From the NCBI GenBank assembly GCA_964441745.1, contig CAYTYR010000004.1:1-64000 (forward strand): 64,000 nt of DNA, written 5' to 3'. This DNA comes from an uncultured Clostridia bacterium (lineage in GTDB: Bacteria; CAYTYR01; UBA6262). The notes under the pieces were generated by a model. The model ran no database searches. It saw only the letters and a list, made by a program, of their open reading frames with translations, and was not told where the DNA came from. The stretch's first letter is position 1, and the number at the start of each line of letters is the position of its first letter. Positions 9,723 to 20,143 of this stretch are shown here, piece by piece. A program made the position numbers and the translations under genes.

Positions 9723-11963
9723 ATGAAAAGGATTTTGTTGTTTTTATTGCCTATTTTAATCATTGTGGCAGCGGTTTTTACCGTTTTCGGCATAGTCCAG
9801 GTGAAGATAGAGCAGGAAAAATTGATGGACGAGCTATACCGCAAAGCTAAATCTGTTGCTGAGACCACTGAGGTATCGGCCCAGTATATTATCAAGAATA
9901 ACGATAAAAAGTCCGCGCGCCGGCTAGTTGACGGATTCCAAAAAAGAGAACGGCTCCAAGGCTGCGTGCTATATGATAAAGATGCCAGGATATTAGCTAT
10001 AACTGAACGTATCTCTGAGTGGCAGGAAAAAGATAAGAGCTATTTAAATCAGGTCATTGAAAATAAACAGCTGGAAGCCGGCATGCAAAAATTTAAAGAC
10101 TTGTCTGTTTACAGTTATGCCATACCAGTGCTTGATGACAATGAGAAAGTAATCGGAGTCGTTGAGCTGATCTATGATACTTCCTATGTCTATACTCGTT
10201 TAACGGTGCTTTGGAAGAATATTAGTATTACCTTAAGTATTATTGTTTTGTTGATTATCATTATCGTTTTGCTGATCCAGCGGCAGATATTTGTCCTGCC
10301 GGTAAAAAGACTGACCGAATGGTTCCATCTCTTCCAACAAGGGGAAACAGATGAACAGCATCCGATCAAAGATAAAGGAGAGCTGGGTAAGTTAGCAAAT
10401 GAAGTTGAACAGGTAGCCTTAAGCCTGCGGGTAGCCAGAAAAACTATATCCGGGGAGGCTCAGGTTAGATTAAAAATTGATGATCATTGGACGGAAACCA
10501 AATTACGGGACCTGGTCCTGGCCAAGCTGGGAGAAAATGCTTTGTATGTAGTCTCCAACAGGGAACCATATATGCATGTTCTTGATGAGATCACTGGCAA
10601 AGCTAAATGGACCCGCCCCGCCAGCGGGGTAGTGACTGCTTTAGATCCGGTATTAAGGGCTTGCGGCGGCACCTGGGTCGCTCATGGCAGCGGTAATGCC
10701 GATAAGAAATTTGTTAATTCCAAAAATAAGTTGGGAGTCCCCCCTGATGATAACCGCTATATCTTGAAAAGAGTGTGGCTCAGTAAGGCGGAAGAAGAAG
10801 GCTATTATTATGGTTTTGCCAATGAAGGATTATGGCCTCTTTGCCATGTGACTCATACCCGGCCGGTATTCAGGGAAGAAGACTGGAAAATGTACCAGCG
10901 GGTCAATCAGAAATTTGCTGATTCGATCCTGGAGGAGTTGCCGGCTAAAAACCCTTTAATTTTTATTCAGGATTATCACTTTACCTTGCTCCCTTTGATG
11001 ATCAAGGAAAGCCGTCCTGATGCCACCGTAGCTTTATTCTGGCATATCCCCTGGCCTAACCCGGAAGTTTTTTCCATTTGCCCGTATTACCGGGAAATAC
11101 TGGATGGTATGCTGGGGTGTGATCTGATCGGTTTCCATGTGCAGGTGCATTGTAATAATTTCCTGGATACTGCTAACCGCTTGATTGAATCACGGGTAGA
11201 TACTGAAAAATTCAGTATTGTCCGGGCTGGCCGGGAAACAGTGATCAAGCCATTCCCGATCAGCGTAGCTGACGCAGGCAACAAAGATAAGGTGGAAGAG
11301 CTGAGCCAGCAGATCGCGAAAATAAAGATTGATCTTGAACTATCCGGTAAAATTATTGGACTGGGCGTGGAAAGAATCGATTATACCAAAGGCTTGTTGG
11401 AAAGGATCCAGGCTATTGACCGGTTTTTTGAAAGGAATCCTCACTACAAGGGCAAAGTTGTCTTTGTACAATTGGCCGCTCCCAGCCGCAGTCATATCAA
11501 AAGGTATCATGACCTGATGGGAGAAATAGATGAGCTGGTGGAAAAAATCAACTGGAAATATTCAGATACCAGCTGGGCGCCGATCATTTACCTGAAACGG
11601 CACTTTTCCCCGGAAGAGATACTGCCTTATTATAAATTAGCGGATTTTTGTGTGGTCAGTTCGCTTCATGATGGCATGAACCTGGTAGCCAAAGAATACG
11701 TAGCGGCAAAGGATGATCTGCAGGGAAGCCTGATCCTGAGCCGTTTTACCGGGGCCGCCAAAGAACTGGACCAGGCGATCCAGATCAATCCTTATTCCAT
11801 AGAAGAATTTGCCGCAGCTATCAGGCAGGCTATTGAAATGCCTAAGGAAGAACAAACCCGGCGGATGGGATTAATGCGCAAAGTGGTGCAGGAAAATAAT
11901 GTCTATAAGTGGGCCGGCACTATAATCAGTGAGCTAACTGCGCTGAAAAAGGAAACAAAATGA
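9723..11963 (+). CDS. otsA: Trehalose-6-phosphate synthase (GT20) fused to an N-terminal TM-extracytoplasmic sensor-TM-HAMP module
   Basis: GT20 motifs VVSNREP, SGVVTAL, FANEGLWPLCH, QDYH, FWHIPWP, ERIDYTKG, DGMNLVAKEY; ~250-aa N-terminal extension with two TM helices and a HAMP-like PVKRL...GELGKLANEVEQV. Confidence 0.92.
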   Translation: MKRILLFLLPILIIVAAVFTVFGIVQVKIEQEKLMDELYRKAKSVAETTEVSAQYIIKNNDKKSARRLVDGFQKRERLQGCVLYDKDARILAITERISEWQEKDKSYLNQVIENKQLEAGMQKFKDLSVYSYAIPVLDDNEKVIGVVELIYDTSYVYTRLTVLWKNISITLSIIVLLIIIIVLLIQRQIFVLPVKRLTEWFHLFQQGETDEQHPIKDKGELGKLANEVEQVALSLRVARKTISGEAQVRLKIDDHWTETKLRDLVLAKLGENALYVVSNREPYMHVLDEITGKAKWTRPASGVVTALDPVLRACGGTWVAHGSGNADKKFVNSKNKLGVPPDDNRYILKRVWLSKAEEEGYYYGFANEGLWPLCHVTHTRPVFREEDWKMYQRVNQKFADSILEELPAKNPLIFIQDYHFTLLPLMIKESRPDATVALFWHIPWPNPEVFSICPYYREILDGMLGCDLIGFHVQVHCNNFLDTANRLIESRVDTEKFSIVRAGRETVIKPFPISVADAGNKDKVEELSQQIAKIKIDLELSGKIIGLGVERIDYTKGLLERIQAIDRFFERNPHYKGKVVFVQLAAPSRSHIKRYHDLMGEIDELVEKINWKYSDTSWAPIIYLKRHFSPEEILPYYKLADFCVVSSLHDGMNLVAKEYVAAKDDLQGSLILSRFTGAAKELDQAIQINPYSIEEFAAAIRQAIEMPKEEQTRRMGLMRKVVQENNVYKWAGTIISELTALKKETK

Positions 11964-12751
11964 AATATTTTCTGGCCCAGCAGGAAAAGGTTTATGCCCG
12001 GATCCGGGGCAGGAAAATATATCTTTTATTAGACTATGACGGGACGATCGCGCCCATCGCTCCCAAACCAGAGCTGGCAGCGCTGTCACCGGGAACCAGA
12101 ACTTTGTTAAAAAAGTTGGCAAATCACCCCCAGTGCGAATTGGCGATCATCAGCGGCCGGTCTTTGGATAATATTAAAAAAATGGTTAAGATCCCTGGAA
12201 TAATTTATGCTGGTAATCACGGCCTCGAAGTGGATTACCGCGGCCGGCGTTTAGAATTCAGCCAGGACCGGGCTTTCCCGGAGCTGGTGAGACAAATCCA
12301 GGCTGGCTTAACCCGGCGGTTGAAAGGAATCAAAGGTGTTTTAATTGAGAATAAAAAGGTAACCATTTCTTTGCATTACCGGCTGGTTGCCGGGAGGCAG
12401 CGGCGTAATGTTAAGACTATTTTCAAAAAACTGATAAAACCATATCAAGACCGCAGGCAAGTGATGGTGACTGCAGGTAAGATGGTGCTGGAGATCCGGC
12501 CTCCCGTAAAATGGGGTAAAGGTGATTTTGCCAAATGGCTGCTGCCGGCAACAGCCTGGAAAGAGAACAAAACTGCGGTTTTCTATTTCGGCGATGATCG
12601 TACTGATGAAGAAGTTTTTAAAGTATTAAAAGGCCAGGCCTATGCTATAATAGTAGGCAAGGGAAAGAGATCTGCCGCTGAATATTATCTTCAGAGTCCT
12701 GCTGAAGTCAGTAAAGTATTAACCCGGATCGCCAACAGTTTGGAGGATTAG
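11960..12751 (+). CDS. otsB: Trehalose-6-phosphate phosphatase (HAD)
   Basis: DYDGT, ISGR, GNHGLE, GKMVLEIRP, GDDRTDE; overlaps the otsA stop. Confidence 0.95.
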   Translation: MKYFLAQQEKVYARIRGRKIYLLLDYDGTIAPIAPKPELAALSPGTRTLLKKLANHPQCELAIISGRSLDNIKKMVKIPGIIYAGNHGLEVDYRGRRLEFSQDRAFPELVRQIQAGLTRRLKGIKGVLIENKKVTISLHYRLVAGRQRRNVKTIFKKLIKPYQDRRQVMVTAGKMVLEIRPPVKWGKGDFAKWLLPATAWKENKTAVFYFGDDRTDEEVFKVLKGQAYAIIVGKGKRSAAEYYLQSPAEVSKVLTRIANSLED

Positions 12752-12758
12752 TATCGAC

Positions 12759-13436
12759 ATGAACAAGATACTGAAAGCGACTGAACCATTCAGGTTTGTG
12801 ACCAGGCTCCATTTAACTGAACTAACCGGATTAAAAGCCAGTAACCTGCAGGAAATGGTTGATATCCTCAAAGAAGTGCCAGGTTCCTGTATTTATCATC
12901 ATACTCATCGTTTTCTGCAGCAACACCAGCATATTTCTCCTGAGCCGCCCAATGATTTTGCCTACTGGGTATCCAACATCTTGGTGGAGGAAGAGCTGGG
13001 TGAAAGTTTGGCTAGTATCGATGTGGTCCAGTTCACTTCCATCCGGCAGTTAAGGGAAAAGATCATCCAAACCATTGCAAGTTATCTTAAAACACATCCT
13101 TCAGCCAGTAAGCGTTTTGCCGCCGCCGGGGATGAATTTTACTTTATCAAATCAGTTAGTTTTATTGTCCCGACAAAATATGAAGTAAATGACCTTCCCG
13201 GGTTCAATGAAGTTCTGACCAAAATCACCACGGATGCCGTCTATTTCCATATTTTTGAATCAAGGCTGAGATTAGGGAAGAAAGACAATGATTTTTCTAA
13301 CTGGTTCGAACATGCGCTCCAGGAAAAAGAATTAGCCGGTAAAATATCCCGGCTGGATCCCTACACTCATACCATGGAAGAACTGCGGGAAGCCATAATC
13401 CGGCTCATAGAAAAGAGGATCAACCGCAATGGCTAA
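12759..13436 (+). CDS. DUF5752-like protein (two internal repeats)
   Basis: IYHH..NDFAYWV..LGE.LA and VYFH..NDFSNWF..LA..I repeats; sits before treT. Confidence 0.75.
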   Translation: MNKILKATEPFRFVTRLHLTELTGLKASNLQEMVDILKEVPGSCIYHHTHRFLQQHQHISPEPPNDFAYWVSNILVEEELGESLASIDVVQFTSIRQLREKIIQTIASYLKTHPSASKRFAAAGDEFYFIKSVSFIVPTKYEVNDLPGFNEVLTKITTDAVYFHIFESRLRLGKKDNDFSNWFEHALQEKELAGKISRLDPYTHTMEELREAIIRLIEKRINRNG

Positions 13437-14640
13437 AATAGAAGATTACATACCCATTACTGGACAATCAACCATCGATGACCTGCGGCTCCTGGCTGAA
13501 AAACTCCAGGGTAAAGTGGTGCAGACTATCAATTCCACCGCCGTGGGCGGAGGCGTGGCAGAAATCCTTAACCAGATGGTGCCCTTACTCCAGGAATTAG
13601 GAGTTGATGCCCATTGGGACCTGATCAAGGGAGGCATGGAGTTCTTTGATGTGACCAAAAAAATGCATAATGCCCTGCATGGCCGGGCCGAAGATATTAC
13701 CCAGCATGATTTTGATGTCTTTATGGAAACCAGCCAGCGTAATGTGGAAGAAGTGAAGATCTATGGCGATATTGTCTTCATCCATGATCCCCAGCCGATC
13801 GGATTGATTAAAAAGAAAAGCGGTAACAAATGGATCTGGCGCTGTCATATAGATGTTTCCAGCCCGGATCAGAAAGTATGGCGGTTCCTGCATGAGTTTA
13901 TTTCCCAGTATGATGCGGCTGTTTTTTCTGCTCCCAGTTTTTCTCCAGTTCTGCCGATCAGGCAATTCCTGATCTCGCCTTCGATCGATCCTTTAAGTGA
14001 CAAGAATAAGGAGCTCCCGGCTGAAACGATTAAAGCGATACAGGATAAATACGGGATTGTCCAGGATAAGCCGATCATTACCCAGATCTCCCGTTTTGAC
14101 CGTCTGAAGGACCCGGTTGGCGTGATCGAAGCCTATCGCCTGGTAAAAAAATATATCGACTGCCAGCTGATCCTGGCTGGCGGTACCGCCAGTGATGACC
14201 CTGAAGGGGTAGAGGTTTTTGAAGAAGTGAAAGAAAAGGCCAAAGATGATCCGGATATCCATATTTTAATGATGCCGCATAATAATATTGAGGTCAATGC
14301 TTTACAAAGGCTTTCTACGGTTATCCTGCAAAAATCCCTTAAAGAAGGGTTTGGCCTGACTGTAGCTGAAGCCTTGTGGAAGGGGAAGCCAGTAGTGGCC
14401 TCCAATGTAGGAGGAATCCCTTTGCAGGTCAAGCATAAATATTCCGGTTTGTTATGTCATTCAGTTGAGGGCGCTGCTTTTGCTATCAAACAGCTTCTTA
14501 ATAATCCTGGTTATGCTAAAAAATTAGGAGAAAGTGGCCGGGAGCATATTAAGAACAATTATCTGCTCACCCGGCACTTAAGAGACTATATGCTGTTGTT
14601 TTTGTCCCTCTATCATGGTGAGGATGTCGTTTATCTTTAA
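13429..14640 (+). CDS. treT: Trehalose synthase TreT-like glycosyltransferase (GT4)
   Basis: NSTAVGGGVAEIL, IHDPQP, WRCHID, PSIDPLSDKN, SRFD..KDP, EGFGLTVAEALWKG. Confidence 0.92.
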   Translation: MAKIEDYIPITGQSTIDDLRLLAEKLQGKVVQTINSTAVGGGVAEILNQMVPLLQELGVDAHWDLIKGGMEFFDVTKKMHNALHGRAEDITQHDFDVFMETSQRNVEEVKIYGDIVFIHDPQPIGLIKKKSGNKWIWRCHIDVSSPDQKVWRFLHEFISQYDAAVFSAPSFSPVLPIRQFLISPSIDPLSDKNKELPAETIKAIQDKYGIVQDKPIITQISRFDRLKDPVGVIEAYRLVKKYIDCQLILAGGTASDDPEGVEVFEEVKEKAKDDPDIHILMMPHNNIEVNALQRLSTVILQKSLKEGFGLTVAEALWKGKPVVASNVGGIPLQVKHKYSGLLCHSVEGAAFAIKQLLNNPGYAKKLGESGREHIKNNYLLTRHLRDYMLLFLSLYHGEDVVYL

Positions 14641-14653
14641 ATTGTAATTTTAG

Positions 14654-14682
14654 TTGAATTTTACCAAGTTTATGTTTATAAT
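14654..14682 (+). promoter_or_regulatory. Sigma70-type promoter of tgt-yajC
   Basis: TTGAAT-17 nt-TATAAT. Confidence 0.65.
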
Positions 14683-14701
14683 ATCTTAACCCGCCTTTTA
14701 G

Positions 14702-15932
<1,231 letters not shown>

Positions 15933-15946
15933 AATAGGAGGAAACA

Positions 15947-16264
15947 ATGCCCACAGCAGGTGCAACAAATCCAATCATGAATTTATTGCCGATCATTTTC
16001 ATTGTGGTGATATTTTATGTGGTAGTCTGGATGCCGCAAAGAAAACAGATGAAAGAACGCAAAAAGATGCTTTCTGAACTGAAAAAAGGAGATGCCGTAG
16101 TCACCAGCGGCGGGATGCATGGGGTAGTTTCTAATGTACGGGGTACCCTGGTGGACCTGAAAGTGAGCGAGGAAATACGGATCACGTTTTCCAAGGATGC
16201 CATCACTTATGTCAAGAAACCGCAAGATCTCGAGCAGGAGAATAAAGTTGAGGTGGTGAAGTAA
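15947..16264 (+). CDS. yajC: Preprotein translocase subunit YajC
   Basis: Single TM, PQRKQ, LKKGD.VVTSGG.HG. Confidence 0.95.
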   Translation: MPTAGATNPIMNLLPIIFIVVIFYVVVWMPQRKQMKERKKMLSELKKGDAVVTSGGMHGVVSNVRGTLVDLKVSEEIRITFSKDAITYVKKPQDLEQENKVEVVK

Positions 16265-16265
16265 G

Positions 16266-16934
16266 ATGAGCAGCAATGCTGACCTGGCGGCGGTGAAAAA
16301 GCATCCTTTAGTGATCTCCCTGCTGGAAGGCGCTAACCGTTACCTTGGTGTGATCGGGTTTACTGAGCATGGCCATCGTCATGCGAACCTGGTTTCCAAT
16401 ATTGCCCAGAATGTGCTGACGCACCTGAAATATACTGAGCGGCTATCGGAATTAGCGGCCATAGCCGGCTATTTGCATGATATCGGCAATGTAATTGGAC
16501 GGGAAGATCACGGTATATCTGCGGCTAACATTGCTATTATGGTTTTGCGTGACCTAAACATGGATCCTGACGAAATCACGGAAGTAATAGGCGCTATCGG
16601 CAATCATGAAGAAGAGATAGGCGATCCAGTCAGCGCTGTAGCCGCGGCTTTGATCCTGGCTGATAAGAGTGATGTGCACCGCAGCCGCGTGCGGAATCCG
16701 AACATGGTGATGTTTGATATCCATGACCGGGTCAATTATGCCGCGGAAAAGTCTTTCTTAAGGGTTGATGCGGAGAAAAGGGTTATTACCCTGGAAATCA
16801 CTATTGACACCACTATTTCGCAGTTAATGGAATATTTTGAAATATTTTTGTCCCGGATGGTGATCTCCCGCCGGGCAGCTAAATTCCTGGAATGTAATTT
16901 CTCTTTGGTGATCAACGATCAAAAATTATTATAA
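16266..16934 (+). CDS. HD-domain phosphohydrolase
   Basis: TEHGHRH, LHDIGN, GNHEE, ADKSD. Confidence 0.9.
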   Translation: MSSNADLAAVKKHPLVISLLEGANRYLGVIGFTEHGHRHANLVSNIAQNVLTHLKYTERLSELAAIAGYLHDIGNVIGREDHGISAANIAIMVLRDLNMDPDEITEVIGAIGNHEEEIGDPVSAVAAALILADKSDVHRSRVRNPNMVMFDIHDRVNYAAEKSFLRVDAEKRVITLEITIDTTISQLMEYFEIFLSRMVISRRAAKFLECNFSLVINDQKLL

Positions 16935-17023
16935 ATTGAATTTAATTAATCTGTGTAATCTTATTTTAAAATCAGTGTAATCATTTTTACGCAGTAAAAT
17001 CGAAAGGAGCACATCAGTCAGAC

Positions 17024-18382
17024 ATGAATGCAAAGCAGATAAAATGGATAATTGTTTCAGTGGTACTTGCTTTATCAGTGTGGTATTTGTATCCAACAGT
17101 TAAATGGTATAGATATACGCCAGAACAACGTGAGGAAAAAGAGAGAACCCAGGATAAAATAGTCAATAAGATCATCAATCTGGGATTGGACCTGAAGGGC
17201 GGTATGCACCTGGTCCTGGAAGTGGACAGAACCAAGATCCCGAAAGGAACCACATTAACTGATGCCATGGACCGGGCCATAGAAGTCCTGCGCAATCGTA
17301 TTGACCAGTTTGGTGTGGCTGAGCCATTGATCCAAAAGCAGGGTGATAATCTGATCCTGGTGCAATTGCCGGGAGTAAAAGACACACAAAGAGCGATTGA
17401 TCTTATTGGCAAGACTGCCTTGCTGGAATTCAAGCTGGTAGATGATACCGGTAAATTGAATGAAGCGATCGAGGGCAAAGTACCGGAAGGATATGAACTC
17501 CTCAAAGATCAGCAGGAAGACCATATCTTATTGAAAAAAGAAGCCTCGCTTACTGGTGCGGCGCTCTCTAACGCCAAAGTAAAGATTGGCGGCCAGTATA
17601 ATATGCCTTATATAGGCATAGATTTTACCGAGCAGGGAGCTAAGGATTTCGCCAAATTGACCGGGGATAATATTAACCGCCGGCTGGCTATAGTCCTGGA
17701 TGGCATTGTGCAGTCAGCGCCGGTGATCAAATCGCGTATTCCTGATGGCCATGCCATCATTGAAGGTAATTTTACAATGGAAGATGCCAGCGGCCTGGCG
17801 ATCGTACTGCGGGCTGGCGCTTTGCCGGCTCCGGTCAGCATTATTGAAAACAGGACAATCGGGCCGTCCTTAGGACAGGATTCAATAAAAGCTGGATTAA
17901 AAGCCAGCCTGATCGGCTTGCTGATAGTGTTAATTTTCATGTTTATTTATTACAAATTGTCCGGGATAGTAGCGAACATCGCGCTATTGTTGAACTTTGT
18001 GCTCTTATTGGCCGCGATGGCTGCTTTTCATGCCACTCTGACTTTGCCTGGTATTGCCGGTATCATCCTTTCGCTGGGTATGGCCGTGGATGCTAATGTG
18101 CTGATCTTTGAACGGATCAAGGAAGAGTTGCATTTAGGCAAAACCGTGCGGGTAGCTATTGATTCCGGTTATGACAAAGCCTTGAGCGCTATTGTCGATT
18201 CCAACCTGACTACTTTAATCGCGGCGGCGTTTATGTTCCAGTTCGGGACCGGTCCGGTTAAAGGATTTGCCGTTACTTTGACTTTAGGTATTATGATCAG
18301 TATGTTTACCGCGATTATCGTCACTCATCTGGTATTTGATTATGCTTTAGCTGGCAGGAATATTAAGAAACTGAGTATTTAG
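17024..18382 (+). CDS. secD: Protein translocase subunit SecD
   Basis: LGLDLKGG, RIDQFGVAEP, LRAGALPAP, GMAVDANVLIFERIKEE. Confidence 0.98.
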   Translation: MNAKQIKWIIVSVVLALSVWYLYPTVKWYRYTPEQREEKERTQDKIVNKIINLGLDLKGGMHLVLEVDRTKIPKGTTLTDAMDRAIEVLRNRIDQFGVAEPLIQKQGDNLILVQLPGVKDTQRAIDLIGKTALLEFKLVDDTGKLNEAIEGKVPEGYELLKDQQEDHILLKKEASLTGAALSNAKVKIGGQYNMPYIGIDFTEQGAKDFAKLTGDNINRRLAIVLDGIVQSAPVIKSRIPDGHAIIEGNFTMEDASGLAIVLRAGALPAPVSIIENRTIGPSLGQDSIKAGLKASLIGLLIVLIFMFIYYKLSGIVANIALLLNFVLLLAAMAAFHATLTLPGIAGIILSLGMAVDANVLIFERIKEELHLGKTVRVAIDSGYDKALSAIVDSNLTTLIAAAFMFQFGTGPVKGFAVTLTLGIMISMFTAIIVTHLVFDYALAGRNIKKLSI

Positions 18383-18385
18383 AGA

Positions 18386-18460
18386 ACGATGCAATCAGAT
18401 TACAAGCGCGGATGCAAACGGATTGATCGGTGTAAATCTGAAATAATCCGTATGCATCGT
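18386..18460. repeat. Four-box inverted-repeat element (GAT..GATT x2 / ATC..ATC x2)
   Basis: ACGATGCA...TGCATCGT, CAGATT/AATCTG and ACGGATT/AATCCGT pairings. Confidence 0.65.
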
Positions 18461-18482
18461 ATTAAAAGGAGGAAGCGGTTAG

Positions 18483-19397
18483 ATGCAATTATTTCATAAA
18501 ACGAAAATAGATTTTATTGGCAAGAGGTGGATTTTTTTTACGATCAGCGGAATATTGATCCTCGCTGGTATAGCTTCGATGGTGGTTAAAGGCGGACTGC
18601 GGTTTGGTGTGGACTTCACAGGTGGCGCTTTGATCCAGGTTAAATTCGTGCAGAAAGTGCCGATCCAGGATATCCGTGCTGTGCTGGAGGCGTCTGATAT
18701 CAAGAACAGTGAGATCCAGGAATTCATGGGATCGAATTCAGTCATTATCAGGATACAACAATCAGCTCTACCCCTGGTAGAAGTTTCTAAAAAAATGGAA
18801 GAAGTGTTGCAGACTAAATGGGGACCGGACCAGATGACTGTAGAACGGGTAGAGATGGTCGGGCCTAAGGTCGGGGAAACATTGAGCGAGCAGGCTCTGT
18901 GGGCTATTATCCTGTCCTGGATCGGGATCATTATCTATGTGGCTTTCCGGTTTAAGTCGCCGGTTTACGGCGTGGCCGGAGTGGTCGCCTTGGTCCATGA
19001 TGTGCTTGTCACGTTAGGTATTTTTTCCCTGCTTAATAAGGAAATCACTTTAACTATTATTGCCGCTTTGCTTACCTTGATCGGGTATTCTATCAACGAT
19101 ACTATTGTCATCTATGACCGGATCAGGGAGAATATGCGGCTTTTGCGGGGTAAGAGTTTGAGAGATATGCTCAATATCAGCCTTAATGAAACCTTGAGCC
19201 GGACCATCATCACTTCTTTAACAGTTTTCATGGTCTTAGTGACTCTTTTCTTCTGGGGTGGTGAAGTGATCCATGATTTTGCCCTGGCCTTGTTGATCGG
19301 AGTTATCGCCGGCAGCTATTCTACTGTCGCTATTGCTACGCAGTTGGTCTATGAATGGGAAACCAGGAAAGCCAAAAAAAGGGCCGCTGTAAAGTAA
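18483..19397 (+). CDS. secF: Protein translocase subunit SecF
   Basis: GVDFTGG, VGPKVG, GYSINDTIVIYDRIRE. Confidence 0.98.
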   Translation: MQLFHKTKIDFIGKRWIFFTISGILILAGIASMVVKGGLRFGVDFTGGALIQVKFVQKVPIQDIRAVLEASDIKNSEIQEFMGSNSVIIRIQQSALPLVEVSKKMEEVLQTKWGPDQMTVERVEMVGPKVGETLSEQALWAIILSWIGIIIYVAFRFKSPVYGVAGVVALVHDVLVTLGIFSLLNKEITLTIIAALLTLIGYSINDTIVIYDRIRENMRLLRGKSLRDMLNISLNETLSRTIITSLTVFMVLVTLFFWGGEVIHDFALALLIGVIAGSYSTVAIATQLVYEWETRKAKKRAAVK

Positions 19398-19398
19398 T

Positions 19399-20001
19399 AT
19401 GCCTAAAGCGCTGAAGTTAGAGATCAATATCCGGGAAAAAGAGGTTTTACGTTACTTAAAGTATGACCTGGATCGGACCAAAGCGGATAATTCAATTATC
19501 AGGCTGGTGCGGGAACAGATCACGGCAGGGGGTAGTCTGGTCACCCCTGGATTAAAGTTTAAAATTTTCCCTATTCTGGCTAATGACGGCAAAAAAGTAA
19601 AACTGCCTGATCTGATAATTAAAAATAAGAATATTGCCCGGCTGCTCAAGAATGCCGAAAAGGCAGTGCTCTTTGTGACCACTATCGGCCCGGATCTGGA
19701 ACTGGAGATCAGTCATTTGTTCTCTGCCGGAGAGCCTGCCAGGGCCGTGATCCTGGATGCTGTTGGCAGTGAAGCAGTAGAAGTTTTGACCGATGCGGCA
19801 CAGGAATCAATTACCCGGCAAGCTGGACCATACCAGTCTACGCCGCGGTTCAGCCCGGGATACGGCGATTGGCCTCTCCAGGCAAATAAGGCCATCTTGG
19901 AATTATTAGCGGCAAAAACTTTGGGCATAAGAAGCGCTTCGCAATATATGCTCAGCCCGCAAAAAACAGTAACCGGTATTTGGGGACTGGTTAGTAAATA
20001 A
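19399..20001 (+). CDS. Stand-alone methionine synthase reactivation (AdoMet-binding) domain
   Basis: EVLRYL, FVTTIG, DAVGSEAVE, RFSPGYGD, P.KTVTG. Confidence 0.88.
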   Translation: MPKALKLEINIREKEVLRYLKYDLDRTKADNSIIRLVREQITAGGSLVTPGLKFKIFPILANDGKKVKLPDLIIKNKNIARLLKNAEKAVLFVTTIGPDLELEISHLFSAGEPARAVILDAVGSEAVEVLTDAAQESITRQAGPYQSTPRFSPGYGDWPLQANKAILELLAAKTLGIRSASQYMLSPQKTVTGIWGLVSK

Positions 20002-20008
20002 CATAAAA

Positions 20009-20125
20009 TAGTGGTAAGTGATATCCCCCTAGTTCTGCTAAGCATAACTGGCAGGGGGGACAGGAAGTGGTATCGTGGTAAGTATAAATAAATCCGCGTA
20101 ATCTGTTCTTAGAATCCGCGTAATT
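20009..20125. repeat. AAGTGGT tract with a nested CCCCC-hairpin-GGGGG element, followed by an AATCCGCGTAAT x2 half-element
   Basis: AAGTGAT|ATCCCCCT...GCAGGGGGGACAGG|AAGTGGT; boxes at 20091 and 20113. Confidence 0.7.
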
Positions 20126-20143
20126 GTTTTTCTAAGGAAGGAC

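Noticed and set aside
20002-20143. SAM or cobalamin riboswitch upstream of metH
   Set aside because: No S-box or B12-box consensus; the structure is explained by repeat elements
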